A stretch of DNA of 63,734 nt, the filler included, from Thraustochytrium aureum (lineage: Eukaryota): assembly GCA_012862495.1 (NCBI GenBank). It is 5 parts of 4 records of this genome, joined end to end, with 100 filler letters (N's around TTAATTAATTAA, not from the genome) between each part and the next. Parts side by side here need not be neighbours in the genome. Positions count along the whole stretch, not along the records: positions 1 to 18,547 come from BLSG01000451.1; positions 18,648 to 49,401 come from BLSG01000451.1; 3 more parts are not named here. The stretch is one strand, 5' to 3'. This document shows positions 12,375-24,800 of the stretch, piece after piece (the first letter of the stretch is position 1; every line of letters begins with the position of its first letter). A program made the position numbers and the translations under genes. The notes under the pieces were generated by a model. It was not told where the DNA came from. It worked only from the letters and a program-made list of their open reading frames with translations, and made no database searches.

Positions 12375-12697
12375 CGTCAAAGTCGACCTCTAGCAAAAGC
12401 CCGCCAGCCCACGACAGCACCTGGTTCGATATGCACGCCCCAGACCCCTGCCCTGCTTGCCCGCCTGCCCGCCTGCCTGCGTGCCTGCCTGCCTGCTTGC
12501 CTGTCGAGTCGGCGGGGAGAGTTCGAGCGCGGCCTGGCTGGGAGCATGGACAAGCACGCGGCAACGGAATATGCAGTCTTGAACGGGAATCGAGCAGAGC
12601 GCCTGCACGCACGCACTCACGCGCGCACGCACGGCCGGAGGCGGGGCGCAGCGCCGGTTGCGCAGGGCAGGCGCGATATGGGCGTTGGCGCCGCAGG

Positions 12698-15600
12698 ATG
12701 GGCGTCGAACGCCTGGACCGCGCGGCTGCGGCAGCTCAGGACGATGCCGTGTTGTCGTCGCCAGTGTTCCTTGCAAGCGTTCCGAGCGTGCTCGAGGACG
12801 CCGAACAAGAGTCGACGGGGAGCCAAGTAGTGCCCATGGCCGCGGTTGAGCGCGCAAGGGGGAGGCTGCACCGCAAGCATGTTGCTGCAAAGTATGACCT
12901 GGTTGGGGCGACGCTCCTGCGGAAGCGGCAGTTCGACGTCGAGCGGTCCAAGCAGGAGGAGTGGATGACACAGACCAAGCAGCGTGCCACATTCGGGGCA
13001 GGTCCGCCGGGCTTGAGGCAGAGGCGAGAGTATCGCTCGTGTTGCGCAAGCCGACGCTCCAGAGGCATGACCTGGACGCTGCGCAGGACAACCAGGAGTC
13101 GCGCCCGCTGGCGATCTTGACCCGCCGCCAAAGCAAACTCCCCGAGCTAGCTGAACCAAATCCCCGCGACGTGACGCGCAAAAGGCGTCGCGAGGTCGCG
13201 CCAAACAGCTCAAAGGCCCGCCGCGTCTCCCTCAGCCTCGGCGAGTCCACACACGCTGCAGACCTCAAAGGGGCCCTCCAGAGTGACGCCCAAGCTCGCC
13301 CAGCAAAGCGGGCGGTTCGCGGGTACGAAGTGCTTCGTTTTATGGCGCCAAAGGCGAATTTTTCTCACGTGTGTGGCGTCAACTCTGTCTGCAAAGCCGG
13401 AACGGCGGCGACAATAAAGTGCTTTAGCTGCATCAAGTTTGATCCGCACATGCAGGGCAACTATTGCGACGGGTGCTTTCAGGTCTCGCATCCCGGGTAC
13501 CGCGTTGCGCACAATGCCGTACGCATCGACGCTGCCCCGCCTCCCCCTAAGGAACACTGGGACAACCACATGCGTCGCGTGGAGGTGGAGCGCAAGATCT
13601 TGCAGTTTCGTGCTGTTCTGGACGAGGTCAAGGGCACCGGAAAGCGCGTTGAGGCGCTCGGCGCCACAGTGCCAGAGCTCCCTGCGCGCGTTGACAAGGC
13701 GATGAACACGTTTGCAGCCGCAGAAGCGACGCTTTCGCGGCTTCGGAAGAGGCTACCCAAAAACTATACGCCTGTGGAGGCTGCCCTCAAGTTGCAGGGG
13801 ATGTGGCGGGCGCGCAGTGCACGCCTAGCCTTTCGCGACCAGGTCAAAGCAGTCTTTCTGACGCAGTTTGACCCGGCCACAGGTAAGGCCTTTTACATCA
13901 ACCGCGCGACTGGCGACGCGCAGTGGGAGATCCCTGCTGCGTTGCGCCGCGCAAGGCTTGGGCCCTTGGGACGGGTCCAAGCTGCGCAGCGGCTGCAGCG
14001 GCTGTGGCGTGCGCGACGAGAGCGAGCCAAGCTCGTTGCCTTGATTGCATGCTGCTACGAGAAACACGTGGACAAGAAGACGGGCAAGACCTTCTATCGC
14101 AACGTGCGCACTGGCGCGACCTCCTGGCGTTGCCCGGTCTTTCTAACCGAGTCGCAGGTGGCGACACCAAGATCACGGCGGCAACGAGAGGCGCTTGAGC
14201 GCAAGAAGGCTNNNNNNNNNNNNNNNNNNNNNNNNNNNNNNNNNNNNNNNNNNNNNNNNNNNNNNNNNNNNNNNNNNNNNNNNNNNNNNNNNNNNNNNNN
14301 NNNNNNNNNNNNNNNNNNNNNNNNNNNNNNNNNNNNNNNNNNNNNNNNNNNNNNNNNNNNNNNNNNNNNNNNNNNNNNNNNNNNNNNNNNNNNNNNNNNN
14401 NNNNNNNNNNNNNNNNNNNNNNNNNNNNNNNNNNNNNNNNNNNNNNNNNNNNNNNNNNNNNNNNNNNNNNNNNNNNNNNNNNNNNNNNNNNNNNNNNNNN
14501 NNNNNNNNNNNNNNNNNNNNNNNNNNNNNNNNNNNNNNNNNNNNNNNNNNNNNNNNNNNNNNNNNNNNNNNNNNNNNNNNNNNNNNNNNNNNNNNNNNNN
14601 NNNNNNNNNNNNNNNNNNNNNNNNNNNNNNNNNNNNNNNNNNNNNGAAGGGCGGTTCAAAACGGCAGACCAGCTCTCTGAGAGCGAGGCAGCGAGTATGG
14701 TGCAGCGCCGGTACCGAGCTGTGCGCGCACGTGACAAGCTCAGGGGCCTTCTCAAGGAGCTCACGCGAAAAGTGTCGACGCGGCGACGGGCAAGGCCTAT
14801 TATTACAACACGCGGACGGGAGCGACGACGTGGGAGAGGCCGTCGCTGCTCGGCAAGGATGACTCGATTCGGTCTCTCCACGACGCGACGCCAACTCCGC
14901 GCCAGAAACGCGAGTACAAGTCCACCGCAGAGGCTGCGGTGGCGCTCCAAGGCATGTGGAGGCGCAAGAAGGCGCGCGACAACCTGCGGGCCCTACTAAC
15001 CCTGCATGTCGAAAAGCACTTTGACGAGGCCTCGGAGCGTTGGTACTTTTACAACACCAAGACCAAGGTTGTGACCTGGTCCTCGCCGTTTTTGTCGGCG
15101 GATCAGGTGTTGACGTCACGGTCCCGCCAGCGCAAACTTGACGTTGAGCGCAAGAAGGCCNNNNNNNNNNNNNNNNNNNNNNNNNNNNNNNNNNNNNNNN
15201 NNNNNNNNNNNNNNNNNNNNNNNNNNNNNNNNNNNNNNNNNNNNNNNNNNNNNNNNNNNNNNNNNNNNNNNNNNNNNNNNNNNNNNNNNNNNNNNNNNNN
15301 NNNNNNNNNNNNNNNNNNNNNNNNNNNNNNNNNNNNNNNNNNNNNNNNNNNNNNNNNNNNNNNNNNNNNNNNNNNNNNNNNNNNNNNNNNNNNNNNNNNN
15401 NNNNNNNNNNNNNNNNNNNNNNNNNNNNNNNNNNNNNNNNNNNNNNNNNNNNNNNNNNNNNNNNNNNNNNNNNNNNNNNNNNNNNNNNNNNNNNNNNNNN
15501 NNNNNNNNNNNNNNNNNNNNNNNNNNNNNNNNNNNNNNNNNNNNNNNNNNNNNNNNNNNNNNNNNNNNNNNNNNNNNNNNNNNNNNNNNNNNNNNNNNNN

Positions 15601-16243
15601 NNNNNNNNNNNNNNNNNNNNNNNNNNNNNNNNNNNNNNNNNNNNNNNNNNNNNNNNNNNNNNNNNNNNNNNNNNNNNNNNNNNNNNNNNNNNNNNNNNNN
15701 NNNNNNNNNNNNNNNNNNNNNNNNNNNNNNNNNNNNNNNNNNNNNNNNNNNNNNNNNNNNNNNNNNNNNNNNNNNNNNNNNNNNNNNNNNNNNNNNNNNN
15801 NNNNNNNNNNNNNNNNNNNNNNNNNNNNNNNNNNNNNNNNNNNNNNNNNNNNNNNNNNNNNNNNNNNNNNNNNNNNNNNNNNNGGAGATGGCAATGTTTA
15901 TTTTGTCAATCGCGTGACGGGCGTTTCGAGCTGGTACAAGCCGACCTTGTTGCGCGACACGAGCGACAGCAGACTTGGCTCGTTCAGAGTCTTGACCGAA
16001 ACGCCAGCCGAGCTGACTCCCGACCAAGCCGCTGTCATGGTACAAAAACGGTTTCGCGCGATGCGTTCGCGTGAAAAGCTCCGGTCCCTGTTGCTGGAGA
16101 CGCTCACCAAGGCACGTGACGAACAAGGCAACGTCTATTTCGTGGATCGCGTAACGGGCGAGTCGAGCTGGTTCAAGCCAACGCTCCTGCGCGACATGAG
16201 CGACAGCAAGATTCACTCGTACGACAAGCTGTTCGACGCGTAG
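12698..16243 (+). CDS. Large IQ-WW tandem-repeat protein with an N-terminal B-box-like zinc finger (two N gaps; apparent frameshifts near 13000 and 14775)
   Basis: Probable ATG at 12698 (MGVERLD). Cys/His cluster C..C...ATIKCFSC...YCDGCFQVSH...H, then a coiled coil, then at least 6 IQ and/or WW units (e.g. LKLQGMWRARSAR / GKAFYINRATGDAQWEIP; VMVQKRFRAMRSR / GNVYFVDRVTGESSWFKP). Stop TAG at 16241-16243. Confidence 0.8.
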
Positions 16244-17645
16244 CCGCAACAAACCCCAGCCGCACCAGGAGCGGCGCGAGACCGTCGTCCGTACCAAACC
16301 GAGCCATCCCGACCGCGCACCGTTCCGCACTCAACGCGCAAACATTTCAGCCTCCCCTCGAATAGTTCATCCTCATCATGGCCAGGTTGGTCGTGCTGCG
16401 GTTGCGTCCAAAGGACCGCGAGGCTGAAAACCCACCCTGCAAAACCTTCAACAAACCTGCCGCTCCCAGGCAGGGTCCAACAGAAATGCGATTCGGCCAT
16501 CTCGATTCAGTACCGGTAAAGCAGGTCCTCCAGCACAACGCGGCACCCGAGCCCACCTCGACCCGCCGGCGTCACAGAGCGCGCGCCGCGACGCCCACCA
16601 TCGCCTGAGGCAGAAACGCTCGAACAAGATGCCCTGAAACAAACCACCACGCTCGCGTTGCACTCGCGTCTTGATTTCTTGAACGACATCAGCGTTCCGC
16701 CAACGCCAGCGTGCGCCTCCACCGTTTCCAGTGCCGTGCCCGAGGAGCTATCCTCGCAGGCCAGCGTGTTGCATTCCTCTGTTCGCTCCATGAGCTTGGG
16801 CTGCGCGAGGCTTTGGCCCGAGAAAGGCCTNNNNNNNNNNNNNNNNNNNNNNNNNNNNNNNNNNNNNNNNNNNNNNNNNNNNNNNNNNNNNNNNNNNNNN
16901 NNNNNNNNNNNNNNNNNNNNNNNNNNNNNNNNNNNNNNNNNNNNNNNNNNNNNNNNNNNNNNNNNNNNNNNNNNNNNNNNNNNNNNNNNNNNNNNNNNNN
17001 NNNNNNNNNNNNNNNNNNNNNNNNNNNNNNNNNNNNNNNNNNNNNNNNNNNNNNNNNNNNNNNNNNNNNNNNNNNNNNNNNNNNNNNNNNNNNNNNNNNN
17101 NNNNNNNNNNNNNNNNNNNNNNNNNNNNNNNNNNNNNNNNNNNNNNNNNNNNNNNNNNNNNNNNNNNNNNNNNNNNNNNNNNNNNNNNNNNNNNNNNNNN
17201 NNNNNNNNNNNNNNNNNNNNNNNNNNNNNNNNNNNNNNNNNNNNNNNNNNNNNNNNNNNNNNNNNNNNNNNNNNNNNNNNNNNNNNNNNNNNNNNNNNNN
17301 NNNNNNNNNNNNNNNNNNNNNNNNNNNNNNNNNNNNNNNNNNNNNNNNNNNNNNNNNNNNNNNNNNNNNNNNNNNNNNNNNNNNNNNNNNNNNNNNNNNN
17401 NNNNNNNNNNNNNNNNNNNNNNNNNNNNNNNNNNNNNNNNNNNNNNNNNNNNNNNNNNNNNNNNNNNNNNNNNNNNNNNNNNNNNNNNNNNNNNNNNNNN
17501 NNNNNNNNNNNNNNNNNNNNNNNNNNNNNNNNNNNNNNNNNNNNNNNNNNNNNNNNNNNNNNNNNNNNNNNNNNNNNNNNNNNNNNNNNNNNNNNNNNNN
17601 NNNNNNNNNNNNNNNNNNNNNNNNNNNNNNNNNNNNNNNNNNNNN

Positions 17646-18476
17646 GGCGGAATTATTTCGAGCTCGACAAGCGTCGAGTGCGACGGGCAGGCCATTGATC
17701 GCAACGCGATGCTCGACTTGGCCGCGGCGACGGTGGCCTCCTCGGGTCGCGATCTTCGGAGCCCTCGGGCGGCGCTGCAGGGTCCAAGCGGCGATCGGGA
17801 AAACGCCGCCGAGCGTGCACGCGGGCGTACCGAGCAGGGCGGCCCGCGAGGCGACCTGTGCATGCAGTGTGGTAGGCTTGTCAACCCGCCGCTGCCGCCC
17901 GCGTTGAGCGTTTTCCTGCAAGGGCCGAGAGCGCGTTTCCGGCCGCGGCCGCCGCTCCTGTACCGCTGCCCGTGCGGGCAGCCGCTGGCCAACTCGCAGC
18001 ACCCGATGTGGCAGTCTTTGGACCGGCTTGCGCGCGAGCCGAGCATGGCGTCGCGGCCGAGCGTCAGGTTTTTGCAAGAGCTTCGCGAGGTGATAGCGAT
18101 CATGCCGCTGCGCGACCCGCGCGCGCCAGTGTTGCACTCTGCGTTACGAGTCTTTCCCCTGTCAGAAATGGGCGAGCTGGACGTGGACTCGGCGGACGCG
18201 CTGGTTGGGATGATCGTCCCGACGATGGGAGAGCCAGCTCGGCGCGGGCTCGCGACGCAGGATATTGCCCGGTTGCCGACGTGTGCGTATTCTGCGATCG
18301 AAAACCATCCCGGGCGGCGGCTGCATACCGAGTGCGCGATCTGCATGGACAACTACGAGGCGGACGATGAATTGCGCACTTTGCCCTGCTTTCACTTTTT
18401 CCACAAGGACTGCGTGGACAAGTGGCTCGCGACGAGCGCAGAGTGCCCGGTGTGCAAGCACCGCGCAGATGGGTGA
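17646..18476 (+). CDS. RING-H2 E3 ubiquitin ligase (5' part lost in gap)
   Basis: C-terminal CAICMDNYEADDELRTLPCFHFFHKDCVDKWLATSAECPVCK preceded by RGLATQDIARLP, typical of RING-H2 proteins. Confidence 0.88.
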   Translation, partial: GGIISSSTSVECDGQAIDRNAMLDLAAATVASSGRDLRSPRAALQGPSGDRENAAERARGRTEQGGPRGDLCMQCGRLVNPPLPPALSVFLQGPRARFRPRPPLLYRCPCGQPLANSQHPMWQSLDRLAREPSMASRPSVRFLQELREVIAIMPLRDPRAPVLHSALRVFPLSEMGELDVDSADALVGMIVPTMGEPARRGLATQDIARLPTCAYSAIENHPGRRLHTECAICMDNYEADDELRTLPCFHFFHKDCVDKWLATSAECPVCKHRADG

Positions 18477-18547
18477 CCTACTTGATTGTTGGACGAGCGC
18501 CGTGTTTTCCAACAACAACGACTGCTGCTTATGCCTGCTGCTTTTTC

Positions 18548-18647
18548 NNNNNNNNNNNNNNNNNNNNNNNNNNNNNNNNNNNNNNNNNNNNTTAATTAAT
18601 TAANNNNNNNNNNNNNNNNNNNNNNNNNNNNNNNNNNNNNNNNNNNN
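18548..18647. other. Artificial scaffold linker (N-TTAATTAATTAA-N)
   Basis: 12-mer with stops in all six frames at 18592-18603, embedded in Ns. Identical linkers recur three more times. Confidence 0.95.
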
Positions 18648-18951
18648 CCAGAGGTCCTGCTGGGGTCAAGGGTACGGCCCGGCCGTCGACTTGTGGTCGA
18701 TTGGGGTGGTGTTGTACATTTTGCTGAGCGGGTCCCAGCCCTTTTCGCAGGACGGGGAGAACGCGCAGGCGATGTTCGCGCGAATCCTGACGGGCTCGTT
18801 TGGGTTTCCGTCCCCCTGCTGGGACTGTGTCAGCCCCGCAGCTCGCGACGTCGTCTGCGGCCTGCTCACGGTGGATCCAGACAAGCGGCTGACGTGCGAC
18901 CAGGCATTGTCACACCCTTGGTTCGCTCGTCCGGCAGACTCTGGTCTCTGA
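18648..18951 (+). CDS. C-terminal fragment of a CAMK-group Ser/Thr kinase (scaffold-edge truncated)
   Basis: PEVL...GYGPAVDLWSIGVVLYILLSGSQPF...I..G.FGFPSPCWDCVSPAARDVV.GLL.VDPDKRLT.DQALSHPW (subdomains VIII-XI). One indel in the G-run near 18662. Confidence 0.88.
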
Positions 18952-19193
18952 GGGACCCAAACAAAACTATTGGATGCGATTTCGTTTCGGCACAGGGCCG
19001 TGCGGCGCGTTGTTGGTGGAAAGTTTATGTATGCAAGCAACGAAAGTCAGTCATTCGTCAAAGGCACCGAGGTTTTGGCCGAGCACCTGGGATGCCGTCG
19101 CGCCCTGGCGCAGCCGAGACCGTGAAAGCTGCGGGCACAGCGCTTGCGCAGGGCGGCTGCTCTGCGGGAGCGGGTCGCCGCGCGCGCGCGTGT

Positions 19194-19907
19194 CTAGCTG
19201 TCGAGGCAGAGCGCGGTGACGTTAAAGTTGACGTTGCCGGGGTCGAGCGCCATAAACTGCTCGCGGACCAGCTTGGCCGTGTCTTGCAGAAACGTCTCTT
19301 GGCTTGTCTCGCCGTGGTCGATCGGGCCAGGCATCATGCCGTCCAGCTCGAGCAGATGGCCCTCAAACTGCACAAACGTGATAAAGTGGCCCTCCACCGA
19401 GTCGTCGCGGTCTGGCGTCGCCGTTTGGCCACCCGCAGCGCTCTCCTCGCTCGCCTCGTGGACCGACTCGGCGGATGCGAGCTTGAGGCCCAGCTCCTCG
19501 GGGCTCAGGCCGCGGTTCTCGCGGATAAACGTGCCAAGTGCACTGTTCTCAGCAAACGACACTGCAGGAATGTTGGCCACCGAGTGCACGCATGCGATCG
19601 TCCCGCACGCGTTGCCGAACTGCGGAAGCTGCCGCAAGTAGAAGATGCCCTTCTCGTGCGGCGCGGTCATGCACTTGTCCTTGAACTGGGCTTGCCGAGC
19701 AGGGTTGATCTTGCTGCTCGGGAACAGCAGGCACACGGCCAGGCAGGGCTGCGGCACCATCATCAGCAGCTCGTCGTCCAGCCCGAACACGTCGTTGAAC
19801 GACACGCTCTCCGAGACGCCCATGCGGCGCAGGAACGAGTTGAGCAGGTCCGGGTTGGACTCCAGCGGGAGCCACCGGGGAAGTGAGCTGGCCTCAGAGT
19901 CGCCCAT
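19194..19907 (-). CDS. Ubiquitin C-terminal hydrolase, peptidase C12 (UCH-L3/L1-like)
   Basis: RWLPLESNP, DVFGLDDELLMMVPQPCLAVCLLFP, Q...NACGTIA (catalytic Cys), HFITF (His), ELDG (Asp). ATG at 19907 gives 237 aa. Confidence 0.95.
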   Translation of the reverse strand: MGDSEASSLPRWLPLESNPDLLNSFLRRMGVSESVSFNDVFGLDDELLMMVPQPCLAVCLLFPSSKINPARQAQFKDKCMTAPHEKGIFYLRQLPQFGNACGTIACVHSVANIPAVSFAENSALGTFIRENRGLSPEELGLKLASAESVHEASEESAAGGQTATPDRDDSVEGHFITFVQFEGHLLELDGMMPGPIDHGETSQETFLQDTAKLVREQFMALDPGNVNFNVTALCLDS

Positions 19908-20267
19908 CGTGTCTGGCTGTTCTGCCTGGCCGGCTGGGCGGGTCGCGAGTGGGTTGGTGGACTGGCCTTCAGCGCTGGGGCGTGGCGGGAGGCCTCCTGC
20001 GTGGCTTGCCGCGTTGTGCGCCTGCGGAATGATCTTTCCTGCAACGCTTCTCTGTTCGAGAGCTATTCCCTTATTCCTCAAAGTTGCTTGTGCAGAGTTC
20101 CGCTGCGACCTCCTCGTGAAATACCTTTGGCTCCCTATGGGTGAGCAACTCGCGAGTGCTGGGCCGGGGTAGGGGAGTGATCGACCTCGCGAGCGCGATC
20201 CCTCACACTCGTCCGTGGTGGCTTGGGGCCGCCGCTCCCGCCGCGATACCGGTAGGCCTGGCGCGGC

Positions 20268-20363
20268 CAACGTGCAGCAACGCGCTTCAACGTGCAGCAA
20301 CGCGCTTCAACGTGCAGCAACGCGCTTCAACGTGCGCCAACGCGCTTCAACGTGCGCCAACGT
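20268..20363 (+). repeat. Minisatellite, 20-bp unit CAACGTGCAGCAACGCGCTT, about 4.8 copies
   Basis: Three exact copies followed by variants with CAACGTGCGC. No spacers. Confidence 0.95.
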
Positions 20364-21129
20364 TTGCCAAGCCGGATCCCTCCTCGCTCGGCTTGGCTTG
20401 CCCACGCGAGTGCGAAGCAGCAGCAAACGATTGCCGCTGGCTCATCCAGCGGCGCCATGCCCCTGACGTGAGCTAGCTGGTGCAAGCATGCAAAAGGCAA
20501 CGCCGGCCTTGACAAGCGAACGAAGACCGTGAGGCGTGCTGCTTGCTTGCTCGCTCGCGTCGATTGGCAGAAAGCAGCGAGCGAGCCCAGCGGCAAGGAC
20601 CACGCGCGGCGTCGCGCCCTGCGGCCCGTCGAAGGCAGCCGGCGTCGCGCTTTGACGCCTTGTGAGATTGATTCCTCCCTCCCACGTCCAACCCCAACCA
20701 CAACCACGCGTTCTGTGGAGGGAAGGAAGAGCCGAGAGCAGCAGCAGCTCCCAACACAAAACAAACGAATCGATTGACAGCACCAGCACTCGACACCCGA
20801 GGACTCGCCCAGCGGTCCTGCAGCCGCACTCGCGCGAGAGCTCTCCATCAACGCGAAGGACCTGAGACGAGCATCTGCTGCCGGCCAGCCAGCCGTCCGC
20901 CATTTCTGGCCCGCCCGTTGCGAGGTCGGCCTTTTTCTCCCAAACAGAGGCGACTGCCTCACTTTTTTGCGACTGCAATGCAAACGCCCGAGTCTGAGGG
21001 CCTCGCTTGAGAGAGGCAGGCAGGCTGTGCAATCGCAAACTCCTTTTGGCATTCTTCCTCGCTCTGGAGCTCTCTGCGAGCAGAGCTGCAACGAACGGAG
21101 ACGCAAGGCGGCCGCCTGCAGGGTAATCA

Positions 21130-21228
21130 ACCCACCCGACAGCCCACCCGTCCACCCGACCCCCCGCCACCCACCCACCCACCCACCCACTCGCCCAACC
21201 ACCACCTGCCTAGCTACCCACCTACCTC
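21130..21228 (+). repeat. (CCCA)n-type low-complexity tract abutting a gap
   Basis: Repeated CCCACCCA/CCACC units upstream of the vWA receptor gene. Confidence 0.75.
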
Positions 21229-21837
21229 NNNNNNNNNNNNNNNNNNNNNNNNNNNNNNNNNNNNNNNNNNNNNNNNNNNNNNNNNNNNNNNNNNNNNNNN
21301 NNNNNNNNNNNNNNNNNNNNNNNNNNNNNNNNNNNNNNNNNNNNNNNNNNNNNNNNNNNNNNNNNNNNNNNNNNNNNNNNNNNNNNNNNNNNNNNNNNNN
21401 NNNNNNNNNNNNNNNNNNNNNNNNNNNNNNNNNNNNNNNNNNNNNNNNNNNNNNNNNNNNNNNNNNNNNNNNNNNACCAACCCGCCACACCTTTCGCGGT
21501 GCGAACAAGCCCCAGGAGCAGGTGTTTTGTTCGCGACAAGGCAGACCGTCCCGGGCGAGGTGGATCGTGTGCTCGCGCTTTCGGGCAGGGCAGTATCTAA
21601 TCCGAAGCGCTGCTGCTCTCTGCAAGCCGTGAGGACAGTCGACAAGCAACGACAAGGCAGCCCACGCACGAGCTGACGCGGCCGGCCGCCCGCTCGGACA
21701 GCAGGATCCTCGCTCGCCACAGCGACCAGACCCAACAGCAAGCGCAGGCCCAAGAGGGCGCAGTGCGCGCTCCGTTTCGCTCCGCCCAAGGGCTCTGCAC
21801 GCGAACGAAAGTCTCGTGAAGCCCCCGGCCCAGCACG

Positions 21838-24800
21838 ATGAAGCTCCTCGGCGCAGGACGCGCCGCGCTGGCCCTGGTCGCGGCCGTATTGGCGGTAGTC
21901 TCGACAGAGCACACCGCGACAGCGCAGCTCAACGCTTTCGACTTTTACTTTGTGATCGACCAAAGCGGCAGCATCGACGACAACGATAGCAAGTGCAAGA
22001 GGGTTTCCGGTGGACTGACCTGCATGCAGATGCTGGCCGACTTCTCCAACAAGACAGCCGTAGCCATGGCAAAGCTCGTGGGCTCCTACTTTGAGTCGCC
22101 CGAGCGCAACGGTATCCGCATCGGGATCGTCATGTTTCGTTGCAAGTCGGTCAGCAGGGAACCAAAAATAATCCTTGAACCTACCGGAGACCGCGCCCTC
22201 ATCGAAGAGGGCTTCACCAAGCTGTTCATGCAAAGGGCGAATGGCTACACCTGCGCCGAGACGGCGCTGACTGCGGTGGAGGAATTTATCGCTGGACAAC
22301 AGCCCATCATGCCACCACAGCGCAAGACCGCCGTCCTCTACGTGACCGACGGCATGCTCGAGTCCAAGGACGCCCCGATCTCCGAAGGCATCGCTACGGA
22401 CCTTCGCGAAGCGAACACGACTCAGATCTTCGGTGTCTCCATCGGTGCGACCGGAGGCCAAAACAGGCAGATCGGCAGAATCACGGGAGACGAGGGCCTC
22501 ATCTTTGACGCCGTCGACCCCACGTCGCTGGACCAAATCGTCGAGCAGCTGGCGGCATATATGTTTGGCGACTTTAACGCGCACCTCCAACCCGGTCGCC
22601 TGCCGCGCGATGTGTGCCAGGGCGAGACGCCCGTCCTCCAGGTCACGGGCACATCCGTAGCAGTGGTGAGCAACCTCGAGTGCCAGTTTCAACTGGAGGG
22701 TGCCCCAATCACAGCCACCGAGCCGATCATCACGTTCGGCGAGCGCAGCTTAGCCACAGGAGTATGGGAGTGCTTGTTCCCCGAGTCGTTCTATTCCGGC
22801 GAGGACGGCGAGACGGTAGAGGTCAAGCTCTTTGACGTGGACGGCGACTTTCGCCGACCAGTGGGCAAGGCCACCACTTTCAAATTCGGCCGCAAGGCTT
22901 GCCTCCAGCTCGTGCCCTCCACCCCGGGCGGTCGCTGCATTGGAGAAGCACCCTCCTTCGACATTTCCGGCGAGACGCTCGACCACTTTCTCAACAGCCC
23001 AAGCTCGACCAACTCGTACAAATTCACGTGCGAATTCGAGCTCGAGGGCGGCGTCCGCCGCACCAGCGAGGCACCGGCAATCTCCAGCAACGTAATTCAA
23101 TGCGCACTGCCGGTCGTGGAAGGCAGCCGCATGCTCGCCGAGTCGCGGCACACCGGCAGCAACCTCACGGTGCGCGACGGCGACTATCTGGGCGCCCCGA
23201 TCCGTGTTATCGACATCGCTACGCCGCTTGAGCTCGTCTCGCTCAACCTCATTGTCGAACTGCAGAGCCCGGGGACCATCCCGGGGACGGAGAACACCAC
23301 GGTGCCAGTGAAGCGCCTCCCGGCCCCGAACGTTCCGATCAAGCTCAACAGCACCGACTGCCTTTCGGCGGACGTAAGCACGTCGGCCTGTTGGCGCCGC
23401 GAGGACCAAGCCAAGGCGCGCTTCTTCGGGCCTGTGGCGACCTATGTCTTGGACGCCGTGAGCACCAACGCCAAGATGGTCTGCCTCATCGGCACTGACG
23501 ACGACTCGCTGCCGGGCTACCTTGTTGACGCGTATCGAACTGGGGTGGCTGGGGAGGTGCATTGCGACATGCCCATGGCCTTCGTGGAGCCCCGACCCGA
23601 TGGAACGCGCACCTGGAACATCAACACTGACCTCTTCCTGCTGGACGACGCAAGGGGCTTGGCGATGCGCGCCAGCGCGTTTTACGAGGAGACCCGCCAG
23701 TTCACCTTGCAGTCGTGCGTTTCCGCAGAGCTCGTGCAGGACTCTTGCTTTGGCGAGCGTGTGCACATCTCCCTCACCTCAAACGCCGGCGTGCCCCTGC
23801 TGCCCGCCGGAGAGGAGGTCGAGTGCCAGTTTATCGACTCTAGCAACGGCCTGACTGCGGGCGGGCAGCTCGCCGTGGTCCCCGATGCCCCGAATCGGTA
23901 CGTCTGCTCTTCGCAAGACACAGTCGGCGACTTTTTCGGGCTCACCTGGGACCGCTTCGAGCTCGTCTCGCGCGGCCGCATCGTGCACGAGCTCGAGCTT
24001 TCGACAAGATCGTCCCAGTGCTACTCCGCCTTCGTGCGCAACTTGCCGACGGACGAATTCGCCGACCTCGGCGCCCAGGACTTTGACCTGAACCGCTGCT
24101 GGGGCTCGAGCGAGCCCGCCTCCCAAGTACTTTTCACAGGACGCACCGCTGACAAGATCAAGAGCGAAGGGGGGGTCACGTGCGTTTTTGTGGGCGGGGA
24201 GGGCGTCACATCGCTCGCTGCCATGGGTGAAGGCGACGACACCAGCAACGGCACTGTCACCGCCGCCAAGTACAACGCGCAGTACGACGGCATCATCTGC
24301 AACGTCCCCGAGGAAGTGTTTAACGGCTTTGGCGGCGAAGCGAGCGACGTGGTTGTCGAGCTGCGCATCACCGGTCGCAACGCCGCCAACGAGACCATCT
24401 CGCACAGTCTCGCGCAGGCCAGCCTCAATGTCCGCGTCAACACTGGCGCGCCATGCCTCGTCGCCCAAGTGGTTTCGATTCAGCGGCCAGGCGAGGACGC
24501 CTCGCCCCCCTGTGCCTTGGGACGCCGAGCGAGCTGCGTGTCTCGGGAACGTCGGCGCCGCAGCTTCTCGCTCGCGCTGCTGCGGGCAATGGGCTGAACT
24601 GCACCTTTAGCACAGGCGAGGAGGTGGAGGCTGAGCTCGGTGCAGGCGCGCTGATGTGCGTGATGCCCGAACTGTCCGGCCTTCGCAGCCGCGTCGTGCG
24701 CCACGTCCACTTGAGCGACACTGTCACTATTCCCGTTGAACCGTACAGGGTCAACAGCCCGGCGAGCTGCTTCAAGCCCGAGATTACGGTCACCCCGCAG

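Noticed and set aside
16244..16830. Possible minus-strand gene remnant next to the gap
   Set aside because: Short frames with no recognisable motif; cannot be supported.
20268..20363. Regularly spaced repeats as a CRISPR array (also 28370-28466)
   Set aside because: No unique spacers, no cas genes, eukaryotic context; these are plain tandem repeats.
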